From Ignavibacteriota bacterium (lineage in GTDB: Bacteria; Bacteroidota; Ignavibacteria; Palsa-1295), in the NCBI GenBank assembly GCA_003151825.1, contig PLYO01000031.1:4096-68095 (forward strand): a DNA stretch of 64,000 nucleotides, written 5' to 3'. The notes under the pieces are model-generated. The model had not been told where the DNA came from and did no database searches. It was given only the letters and a program-made list of their open reading frames with translations. Positions 20,001-27,452 of this stretch are shown here, piece by piece (position 1 is the first letter of the stretch; each line of letters begins with the position of its first letter). The position numbers were made by a program, and so were the translations under genes.

Positions 20001-20767
20001 AGGTTAAAGGCATAATAATTTTCGTTTGCTACATACAGGATGTTATCGTCACAGGAATCGACCGCCATCGTAAAACAATCGTTACCGAATTTACCGCCAG
20101 GTTCCCTCCAGGTTTGGCCGCGATCTGTCGTGAGCCACAGGTCATTTAATAATAATTCCTGTCCACCGGATCCGGTGGACACAAAAGTGTCCACCATATA
20201 GTAACACTTGTTTCGATCATGGTTTGTCCTCACGCAGAAAACAGCGTTCGTGGGCGAAACCTGCCATGAAGTGTCAACCGTCGCGCGTTCCGCTGCTCCA
20301 GCTCCACCCACCACGAACATCCCTGCATTCTCACTGTCGAGGAGAACGGCGGACCAACTCGGGCCTGCTCCCGGGACAGAGAGCCAATGCTGACCTCCGT
20401 CGGAAGTGAGAAAGACGCCGCCGCCATCGCTCACGATTCCATGATTGGTGTCGGAAAAGTCAATATCGGTGATCCCAAACCAGGGCGACGAGGAGTTGAT
20501 TGGGGGAAGTGAAAGCTGTGTTGTCCAGGTTTTTCCGGTATCCGTCGAAAGATAAAGTTTGTCCCTGCCAAACCACAATTTTCCATTGCGGAATGCGAGG
20601 GCTCCTGTCTCGGAAAGATAATTTCCCGGTCCGGCTCGGGCGAGCTGCGTCCATTGCGATGTTGCGTCTTGCGCAGAAATTTGCGTGAGCACGAGCAGTA
20701 CCATCAGTCGTATGAAATAACGCGCTCGGATAACGAAGCACGACCTGTGTAACTTATGGACTCTCAT
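17036..20767 (-). CDS. Large secreted protein: BNR/Asp-box propeller, Ig-like (ASH-type) repeats and T9SS-type CTD
   Basis: S.D.G.TW Asp boxes, LDFG..N.G repeats, IDPNPA...GEYFL. Start uncertain; the ORF-track start overlaps the next gene. Confidence 0.82.
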   Translation of the reverse strand: MRVHKLHRSCFVIRARYFIRLMVLLVLTQISAQDATSQWTQLARAGPGNYLSETGALAFRNGKLWFGRDKLYLSTDTGKTWTTQLSLPPINSSSPWFGITDIDFSDTNHGIVSDGGGVFLTSDGGQHWLSVPGAGPSWSAVLLDSENAGMFVVGGAGAAERATVDTSWQVSPTNAVFCVRTNHDRNKCYYMVDTFVSTGSGGQELLLNDLWLTTDRGQTWREPGGKFGNDCFTMAVDSCDDNILYVANENYYAFNLFNGYILRSADGGVSWDTVFTAPRRFLTGGIVVSTHGIYCQTMTEGVIRSTDQGATWNVIGGPSSVADSRTLTVVNDTTIIASDSLGNVWKFSDDTAIANIQIPAPVISPDTIQIGLCDSSKFVVATIPAACYAYLLDTMYLTGNDSGGVHLSVSNLTSSDSSLTIQASVSPFETGTFTELLHIRQRWGGLDYDDSAPVTFVVFPGPHGRTISPNSLDFGSLTLCPGALGYDTLTLRNDGCDELEFDGVALAGDTSIFFANASPKILVAGDTALIILRYQPLTNGGNSAILIVQTNDGNDTIPISARAIEPKAALGLIMDTVFATACDTGIGLLRILNPGCNPLILDSLLLDSGSAFLLSGSGGFPAILDQFQSKDVGVGLTAHAPGTASGVLHFYYRVFELNDTVAYDTTLAISGIIRPGPAHYELSDSSLAFGSVAVCADSTTQLTIYNDGCDTLRFVRYQPNGDVSAFGLGTTLPQNLPPGDSEVLHFAFAPDSLRNYLASLKITTNANGSQISFSGTGIPSHLKLSDSSLTFGNVALCADSTAQLTIFNDACDTLRFLKFQPHGDVRVFGLDTILPKNLPRGDSEVLRFTCAPDSLRNYLASLAITTNGGSSQIEFTATGIPDSPRVALATTTIEFQGAVANCGLDTSSVAFSNSSCAWIRVDSMKSGPSGIFSPLEATLPQMLSHDSSARLPFTFSPAASGAASGSATIFYSDANGHEHDTTIQLNGNGLPRAAFRAEIAPPIPLSAGVLDTVTIPLDLSVSNIPQAPQRGTLPMEFKIVCNTDVLAPINVEVSDQAIDVKQWNMIADTITIDISINLATFLAASQDNNMSEALRVIARPFVSDSLATDIALTSMASSSFTADCLDYSLSSSNASRFALTLGCGDSLLSRFMATHILAISSIDPNPAARTIEVGYSLDTTALDRSVRWYVFNARGTLASQGATQSSPICLSVSSLASGEYFLYLERGFQQTREEISRSFVVQH

Positions 20768-20838
20768 AACTTTATAGCAATGCAATGAAACCATCATGAA
20801 AAGGCAGTAGTAGGTGATAAGGTTGCACCCTATGAGCA

Positions 20839-21780
20839 TTAAAACGACACCAAATCCACCCCCGTCGTTCGGATGCCGAGCATGACATACTTCGCATTGC
20901 GAGGGATGGGCGTTTGGCCGTCGTCTTGCCACTGTTCCCACCCGGCGTAAAACTGCATCCGTCCCGCGCGGCCATGTAACTCATAGCCAAGTTCGGCATG
21001 GCTGTCGGCAGTGAGCTTTGCAATCGAAGAAAAACGGCTGACGAATCCGCTGTCGCGGCCAAAGGCGGTGAAATTTTCGTTTATCATAAGATAGAGCGAG
21101 CTGCGATCCCATTCCATGAGCTTCGATTGAAACGCCGGGCCAAGCGACCATGCGAGGTCCTGAAAATCGGTGCCGATATAATCGTCGCTCGTTGGAATGC
21201 GGTAATCCTCGCGGACGAGATAGGCGTCGGCATGCAGCCATGCAGTCGTTGGGCAATCTAATCCGAACAGTTTATCGCTTCGGAAAATGGCCTTGCCGGA
21301 AAGCGAGCAATAAATGAGCGTGCGCTGCTGATTAATATCCGAATAGCCGTTGGGATCGATGTTGTCGATGTCATGCCGGCAGCGATAAATGGTTCCGACC
21401 TGCCAATCGAATTGGGAATTTTCGTGAACGGCATAAACGAGTCCTTCTTCCCACATCGCTCCGCGCGGCTTGAAGTCGATGTCGTTATGGGTATTTGCAA
21501 GAAGTTCCATGCCGGTATATCCGAAAAGCGATTTATCGCCGCCCCACCGCGCAAATTCCCAAATGGCACCCATCGAAACCGACCATCCCCATCGGTCGCT
21601 GTCGCTGCCAAATCCGCGCTGGACTTCGGCCCAATAGCCGGCGTGGTCGAAGATGGAAGTGGTATCGGTTTTTCCCGTCCATTTCGGATCGAGCAGGAAT
21701 CCGCGCGTGGGAAAGATGGGGCCGGCAATCGCGGCATGGGAAAATGTTAGAAAAAGCGAGACGAGAATAATTTTTTTCAT
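20839..21780 (-). CDS. Secreted/outer-membrane hypothetical protein
   Basis: Signal peptide MKKIILVSLF...AIA; terminal Phe. Confidence 0.75.
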   Translation of the reverse strand: MKKIILVSLFLTFSHAAIAGPIFPTRGFLLDPKWTGKTDTTSIFDHAGYWAEVQRGFGSDSDRWGWSVSMGAIWEFARWGGDKSLFGYTGMELLANTHNDIDFKPRGAMWEEGLVYAVHENSQFDWQVGTIYRCRHDIDNIDPNGYSDINQQRTLIYCSLSGKAIFRSDKLFGLDCPTTAWLHADAYLVREDYRIPTSDDYIGTDFQDLAWSLGPAFQSKLMEWDRSSLYLMINENFTAFGRDSGFVSRFSSIAKLTADSHAELGYELHGRAGRMQFYAGWEQWQDDGQTPIPRNAKYVMLGIRTTGVDLVSF

Positions 21781-21824
21781 AAAAATTTATTTAGAATAGC
21801 AAAGCAGACTCCGATTAGAATAAC

Positions 21825-21965
21825 ATGTCATCCTGAGCGGAGCAAAACTCCGTCCGCCCCCAGCGGACGGAGTTTTGCGGAGTCGAAGGATCTCGTGTAT
21901 TACAAGAGATCCTTCGACTCCGTTCGTCCCTCGTTCCTCGGGACGAACTCCGCTCAGGATGACAT
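21825..21965. repeat. Multi-arm palindromic element, type A (ATGTCATCCTGAGCGGAG...CTCCGCTCAGGATGACAT)
   Basis: Terminal inverted repeats plus inner stem GGAGTCGAAGGATCT/AGATCCTTCGACTCC and two side hairpins. Confidence 0.9.
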
Positions 21966-22027
21966 ATTAAACTTAATGAGGGTGGGGTTTTAATATGCCA
22001 TTGCATACCATTGCATCAGTTCGTTCG

Positions 22028-22035
22028 TATTTTTG
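22028..22035 (+). promoter_or_regulatory. Bacteroidota-type -7 promoter box TAnnTTTG
   Basis: cgTATTTTTG upstream of sucD; same box at 12985, 50979 (+) and 5471, 41791, 47596, 58466 (-). Confidence 0.6.
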
Positions 22036-22076
22036 TAGAATAAACGGTGTTTGCTCGATTTACAATTTGAAATTAC

Positions 22077-23177
22077 ATGAGTGTTTTAGTAGATAAAAAG
22101 ACGCGGCTCGTCGTGCAGGGAATAACCGGAAGCGAAGGCTCTTTCCACACGCGGCAGATGATCGAATATGGCACGAAAGTCGTGGCCGGCGTAACGCCGG
22201 GCAAGGGCGGGACAGTGCATGAAGGTGTGCCCGTGTTCAATACCGTGGCTGATGCCGTGCGCGAAACAGGCGCGAACGCGGCCTGCATTTTTGTGCCGCC
22301 GCCGTTCGCTGCGGATGCCATTCTCGAATCGGCCGCGAGCGAACTCCCGCTTGTCGTCTGCATTACCGAGGGTATTCCGGTGCGGGACATGATTCAGGTT
22401 TACGATAAGATTCAGCATTCCAAAACGCGGCTGATCGGCCCCAATTGCCCGGGCGTCATTTCGCCGGGTAAAGCGAAGATCGGCATTATGCCCGGATTTA
22501 TCCATAAAGAGGGGCGCGTGGGAATTATCTCGCGCTCTGGTACCCTGACGTACGAAGCCGTGAAACAGCTGACGGACGCGGGGCTCGGACAATCGACGGC
22601 CATTGGCATTGGCGGCGATCCCATCGTCGGCACACGGTTTCTTGATGCGATAAAACTTTTCGCAAGCGACGATGAGACCGATGCTGTAGTGATGATCGGC
22701 GAAATCGGCGGCACGGCTGAAGAAGAAGCCGCCGCGTGGATCGGCAAGCATTTCGGGAAGCCGGTCGTTGGATTTATTGCCGGCCGCACTGCGCCGCCCG
22801 GTCGCCGCATGGGTCATGCCGGAGCAATTATCTCCGGCGGCAAAGGCACGGCGGATGAGAAGATAAAAGTCATGCGCGAAAACGGAATTACCGTTGTCGA
22901 TAGCCCCGCTCTAATGGGTGAAACGGTCGTGAAAGCGCTTGGCAGCAAAGCACGAAAATGGGTTGCAGTGAGAGGCTTGAAAATCGAGAAAATTGCCGTT
23001 TCTAAAGAAGGCAAAAAGGCGAATGTTATTATGCTGAAATCGCCTAAACCAAAGGTTTCTAAAAAAGCTGTAAAACCTTTGAGGAAGGCAGTTAAAAAAG
23101 CCGTGAAGCCTGCGAAACCAGCACCAAAAAAGAAAGCTACTCCACGCCCAAAACCGAAGAAGCGTATTGGGCGTTAA
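22077..23177 (+). CDS. sucD: Succinyl-CoA synthetase alpha subunit with Lys-rich C-terminal tail
   Basis: [28 protein letters not shown]. Confidence 0.96.
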   Translation: MSVLVDKKTRLVVQGITGSEGSFHTRQMIEYGTKVVAGVTPGKGGTVHEGVPVFNTVADAVRETGANAACIFVPPPFAADAILESAASELPLVVCITEGIPVRDMIQVYDKIQHSKTRLIGPNCPGVISPGKAKIGIMPGFIHKEGRVGIISRSGTLTYEAVKQLTDAGLGQSTAIGIGGDPIVGTRFLDAIKLFASDDETDAVVMIGEIGGTAEEEAAAWIGKHFGKPVVGFIAGRTAPPGRRMGHAGAIISGGKGTADEKIKVMRENGITVVDSPALMGETVVKALGSKARKWVAVRGLKIEKIAVSKEGKKANVIMLKSPKPKVSKKAVKPLRKAVKKAVKPAKPAPKKKATPRPKPKKRIGR

Positions 23178-23207
23178 AGCTGGCAAAGTATTAGAAACAT
23201 CACGGTA

Positions 23208-23801
23208 ATGCAAGCCCCCCTTCGTCGCTTCGTGGTCGCATTCGTCCTATTTGTCGCATTAGTCCCTTGTAAGAAATTATGCGCTCAGGACTCCGCAAAA
23301 TACCTCAGCAAAACCTGGCGCGATTCCGTGCTGAATTATCAGGGAAGACTTGATTCGTATCGCCAGGAATTGTACAGCTACGACCTGGGAATGACGTTCG
23401 GAATGTTGCCCATTATGGGAGAATCGTATGCCGGCAAAATGGGAACGGGCATTGCCTATTTCGCGGCACGGGTTGCAACGGTTGCGATCGGGGTGGTGGG
23501 CGCCGTGCGGCTCATTGAACGCAAACCGAGCTTCGGACTCGACATCGGAATGCTTGTCGGCGGAATTGCTGGATGGATAGGTCTTAAATTCTCAGAGCTT
23601 GCCGATATTCGGCATACCGTTTCCGAACGGAACGAGGATCTCGTCGATAAATGGCAAATCGCCACGCCGGACATCGAGCCGCATTCCATTCGCTATCCCG
23701 CGAAAGATTGGCCAACGTGGGTAACAAGCACGCCCGAAGCTCGACATCCTGAGAATGCACGAGAAGCGATAGATAAACCGCTCCCATCAAGTAACGAGTA
23801 A
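23208..23801 (+). CDS. Hypothetical membrane protein
   Basis: Signal-like N-terminus and two hydrophobic segments. Confidence 0.7.
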   Translation: MQAPLRRFVVAFVLFVALVPCKKLCAQDSAKYLSKTWRDSVLNYQGRLDSYRQELYSYDLGMTFGMLPIMGESYAGKMGTGIAYFAARVATVAIGVVGAVRLIERKPSFGLDIGMLVGGIAGWIGLKFSELADIRHTVSERNEDLVDKWQIATPDIEPHSIRYPAKDWPTWVTSTPEARHPENAREAIDKPLPSSNE

Positions 23802-23867
23802 CGGGTAACGAGTACCGAGCGAACGATGTTTAGTGACGCTCATCACTCATCACTCGGTACTCGGTAC
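23791..23867. repeat. Inverted pair of heptamer tandem arrays
   Basis: (GTAACGA)-type x4 at 23791-23818 and (CTCATCA/CTCGGTA) x4 at 23839-23867. Confidence 0.65.
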
Positions 23868-23882
23868 AATCCACTCAAAAAA

Positions 23883-24311
23883 ATGTCAATAGAAAAAACG
23901 CTCTGCATCATCAAGCCCGACGCAGTCACCGCAGGTAATTCCGGAAACATTATCGCGCATATTCAGAAAGAAGGCTTTCGCATTCTCGCCATGCGAATGA
24001 CGACGCTCTCGAATAAATCGGCATCGAAATTTTACGAAATTCACAAAGGCCGTCCATTTTATGAGGGATTAGTCGAATTCATGTCGAGCAGCGCCTGCGT
24101 GCCAATCGCGCTCGAAAAGGAGAATGCGATTGCCGAATGGCGACGCGTTATCGGCGCAACCGACCCCGCCGAAGCTGCGCCAGGCACCATCCGCAAGCTC
24201 TACGCCAAGAACAAAGGCGAAAACGCCGTGCATGGCTCGGACTCCGTCGAAAATGGACTGCGCGAGATCGCGTTCTTCTTTACCGAAGGCGAGTTGGAGG
24301 ATTTGAATTGA
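23883..24311 (+). CDS. ndk: Nucleoside diphosphate kinase
   Basis: KTLCIIKPDAV, GATDP, NAVHGSDS. Confidence 0.96.
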   Translation: MSIEKTLCIIKPDAVTAGNSGNIIAHIQKEGFRILAMRMTTLSNKSASKFYEIHKGRPFYEGLVEFMSSSACVPIALEKENAIAEWRRVIGATDPAEAAPGTIRKLYAKNKGENAVHGSDSVENGLREIAFFFTEGELEDLN

Positions 24312-24317
24312 TGTATG

Positions 24318-24337
24318 GACCGGGTTTTAACCCGGTC
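24318..24337. repeat. REP-like hairpin
   Basis: GACCGGGTT-tt-AACCCGGTC; same core at 55169-55188. Confidence 0.65.
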
Positions 24338-24403
24338 ATGTCCCTTGTAAAGGGCGCGGCGTCAAAGGGACGCATTCCCATCCCTCTCGCGTTTTCATTT
24401 CCG

Positions 24404-24937
24404 ATGCTCAAACGCCTACGCCGTCTCTCGACGGAAATCCTGCAAAAAAATCCGTGGTGGGAATACCGGCGGGATGAATATCTTCATCCCGATGATTCTC
24501 GCGGCGAATTTTTCTATGCCCACACACTTGGCGCCGTCTTCGTGATTCCGGAAATGGAGAAAGGGCGTTTATTTATGCTACAGCAGTTTCGGTATCTCAA
24601 TCAGAGGGAAAGTCTGGAGTTTGTGGGCGGCGGAATGAAGGATGGTCAAACGCCTGATGAGGCCGCGCAGGCAGAATTAGTCGAAGAGGCTGGTTTTCAG
24701 GCAAGCGAATTAATTCCGATTGGATGGTTCAATCCAATGAACGGAGCGACCGATGAGGTGTGTTACGTGTTTATTGCACGCGGGCTAACTGCGATGAACG
24801 CCCATCCCGAAGTGAGCGAGGAGTTCGAACTGGTTACGGTCACGCGGAACGAACTCGAAGCCATGATAGCCAATGGCAAAATCTGGGATGGAATGACGCT
24901 CGCGGCTTATGCGCTTTATCGAAATTACTCTGGTTGA
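24404..24937 (+). CDS. NUDIX hydrolase (ADP-ribose pyrophosphatase-like)
   Basis: GG.....TPDEAAQAELVEEAG Nudix box, QFRY. Confidence 0.88.
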   Translation: MLKRLRRLSTEILQKNPWWEYRRDEYLHPDDSRGEFFYAHTLGAVFVIPEMEKGRLFMLQQFRYLNQRESLEFVGGGMKDGQTPDEAAQAELVEEAGFQASELIPIGWFNPMNGATDEVCYVFIARGLTAMNAHPEVSEEFELVTVTRNELEAMIANGKIWDGMTLAAYALYRNYSG

Positions 24938-24949
24938 TCGGAAAATAAG

Positions 24950-26185
24950 ATGAATAATTTAGACTCAATAACATGTCATCCTGAGCGGAGCAGACCGACG
25001 CGACAGCGTCGGTCTGCGGAGTCGAAGGATCTTTCGTGGTGCGAGCAAAAGATCCTTCGACTCCGCAATGCTCGCTTCGCGAGCATTGCTCCGCTCAGGA
25101 TGACAGGGATGGTGATGCTTTCGCTGATGGGATTCATGGTTCCCGTTCACGCTCAAACTTCCGACCTTCGCTTGCACTTCCATGAAGGCGAACTGCACCG
25201 CGTGGTCACGACGGAAATTCTTCGGCTTGCAATGCACTTCCCGCAGGTGGATGAAGATGATGCGAAGCCCAGCATTCGGACATCTGTCTATTGCTTCACA
25301 GAGCGGGTCGATAGCGTCCTTCCCGATGGCTCCGCGGTTATCGCAGCCTCGCTCGATTCGTTCAAGACGGGTATTGATTTTGGCGAAGGGAAAAAAGCCG
25401 AAAATTTCTTTCGCTTCAATTCCGCCGGCGATTGGGACCTTACGCACGAACTGCACGACATCAAAGTCCTGCCACGCGCGCAATTCCTCGGCCAGACGAT
25501 TCGCTTTGTCATGCGGCCCGATGGGACCGTCGCGCGGTTCCTGAACCTGGATGACTTCCACGAAGCGGCGATCGGTCATGGCTATGATTACGATCTCGTT
25601 CATGCGATGCTCTCATTGAGCGATTCGTTGCGCATGGGGCAATTGCTCGAATATGGCTCTGGCGGGATTGCTGCCGCTCGAACGGCCTACACGTCACCAT
25701 CGACTACAGCCGAAATTCCGATTACACGAACCGTTTCAACGACGCGGTCGGGTTCCGAAACGCTCGATGTACATGTCCGGTATTTCGATCCGCCGCAACG
25801 CATCGAATATTTGGAGGGCATTGCGATGCCGCTCGGTATTCTCGATTATCACGGCGGCGGGTCGGGGAACGTAACGCTTTCAAAAGGCTATCTCAAGCAT
25901 TCGTTCTTCGAAGACACCGCGAAGGTGCGGCTACAGGTCGATATCGATACCATTCCAGAGGAGATTACCCGCGCGGTTACCACCGATGTGTTCCCAATCT
26001 CTGTCCTGCACGGCAGAGTTTCCATCAAGGAAATTAATATGCATAGCGGTGTCAATAATGACTCCTTGGAAAATGCTTTGAAGGGTGCCATTCCAAACAG
26101 CAATCGTAATAGCGATCGGGTCGCCCCGACCGCGAAGCCCGAAGCACCGCCAGCAAAAGACGATTCCAACTCCGGAGCGCACTAA
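24950..26185 (+). CDS. Secreted hypothetical protein with a palindromic element in its N-terminus
   Basis: 411-aa ORF with VHA-Q cleavage site; an alternative start is near 25100. Confidence 0.75.
   Translation: MNNLDSITCHPERSRPTRQRRSAESKDLSWCEQKILRLRNARFASIAPLRMTGMVMLSLMGFMVPVHAQTSDLRLHFHEGELHRVVTTEILRLAMHFPQVDEDDAKPSIRTSVYCFTERVDSVLPDGSAVIAASLDSFKTGIDFGEGKKAENFFRFNSAGDWDLTHELHDIKVLPRAQFLGQTIRFVMRPDGTVARFLNLDDFHEAAIGHGYDYDLVHAMLSLSDSLRMGQLLEYGSGGIAAARTAYTSPSTTAEIPITRTVSTTRSGSETLDVHVRYFDPPQRIEYLEGIAMPLGILDYHGGGSGNVTLSKGYLKHSFFEDTAKVRLQVDIDTIPEEITRAVTTDVFPISVLHGRVSIKEINMHSGVNNDSLENALKGAIPNSNRNSDRVAPTAKPEAPPAKDDSNSGAH
24974..25105. repeat. Multi-arm palindromic element, type A, 132 bp, in frame
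   Basis: Same terminal and inner stems as 21825-21965, with different side hairpins. Confidence 0.9.
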
Positions 26186-26238
26186 TCACCGCATTGAAAA
26201 TTCTTATTCGTTCACGTATTTTTCTTCCTCCTTTATCC

Positions 26239-27291
26239 ATGCAAACCCTTCGATTTTTCTTCGCGTGTCTGTTCCTGGCGGCGTTAGCCTCGTGCGGCAA
26301 AAAGGAAACGGCTCCGCAAACCGCAAGCAATATGTCCATCGATACGACGAAAAAGGCGCAAGCAGTCGCGATCACGGATACCAGCCACCATTTATTTTTT
26401 CGGCCCAAGGCGGGTTCCGTCCAGCGGTATCATATTGTGGATCGGCTCTCGATGAGTACGAGTGATTCCGAGCCGGGCGCTGCCGGTGCTGCAAAGCACA
26501 CGGCTTCGAGCACGACCGAAATTTACCTCCATCAGACGGTAAAAAACGTGCGCCGCGATAGCTCCGTCGAACTTGTCCTCCGTGTCGATTCTGTCCGCCT
26601 GACTTCCCAGCGTGACACAACGAAAACAGAGTATTCGAGCACTAATCCGAAAGACACGTCGGCTAACGAATTCGAGGAGTTCAAAATTTTGATGGGAAAG
26701 AACTTTTCCATCCTCACGAATAAGAATGGGGATTTGGATTCCATCACGGACGTGAGCAGCCTCACGAATGCGCTTCTTAAATCGGTTCCCGATTCGGAGC
26801 GAACCAATCCTCAGGTTCTTCGATATGCGACCGAGCAAGCCGAGCAGGTCGCCAGCGCTTATATCATGCGTGTGCTGGTACACAGTCCCACGCGGGCGCT
26901 GATCCAGGATACGACATGGCGCAGCGCTTCGGATGTGAATCTCGATGTCGCGCAGGGATTGTCGTTCCCAGTACATATCGATGCGACCGAGACGGTACGG
27001 GGCCTCGAAAAGCGCGATAATCTCGTCCTTGCCGTCTTAGAGGACTCGACGACGACAACGCCTCGAAAGCGCGTCTTCGATGAAGGGCCTACCACCGCGA
27101 CCATCAGCGATTTCCGAGCGACTTCGCGCAGCGTCGTCCGTATCGAAGACGCAACGGGACTGTTATATCACCGGGCCATGACGGAAATGCGGAATTTCAC
27201 CATCGTGGTCGAAAGCAAAGAGCACGCCGGCGAGAAGCGAACGGTAACGCAACACGGTTCGGAGGAATTAGTGACTGAACGCATCGAGTGA
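26239..27291 (+). CDS. Hypothetical lipoprotein
   Basis: Lipobox LASC; beta-rich, similar in style to the upstream gene. Confidence 0.78.
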   Translation: MQTLRFFFACLFLAALASCGKKETAPQTASNMSIDTTKKAQAVAITDTSHHLFFRPKAGSVQRYHIVDRLSMSTSDSEPGAAGAAKHTASSTTEIYLHQTVKNVRRDSSVELVLRVDSVRLTSQRDTTKTEYSSTNPKDTSANEFEEFKILMGKNFSILTNKNGDLDSITDVSSLTNALLKSVPDSERTNPQVLRYATEQAEQVASAYIMRVLVHSPTRALIQDTTWRSASDVNLDVAQGLSFPVHIDATETVRGLEKRDNLVLAVLEDSTTTTPRKRVFDEGPTTATISDFRATSRSVVRIEDATGLLYHRAMTEMRNFTIVVESKEHAGEKRTVTQHGSEELVTERIE

Positions 27292-27374
27292 ACGAAAACA
27301 AGAAATCGTCTACGGCGAGGAATTCCTTGAGCCTCCGCAAGGTTCGCATAACGGATACAGATAACGGAGTTGAA

Positions 27375-27448
27375 CACCAACGCCGCGCCGGTTGGCATTA
27401 GAGAAGCCGATGGCGCGGAAAAATGCTCTCTAATGTTTAGTCTTGGTG
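27375..27448 (+). promoter_or_regulatory. Candidate structured 5' leader (hairpin plus loop pseudoknot)
   Basis: Pairings 27383-96/27406-18, 27396-404/27427-35 and 27375-80/27443-48. Confidence 0.35.
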
Positions 27449-27452
27449 CAGC

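Noticed and set aside
21815-22006. Small ORFs over palindromic elements (also 47630-47827)
   Set aside because: They are translations of the repeat itself, with no independent coding evidence
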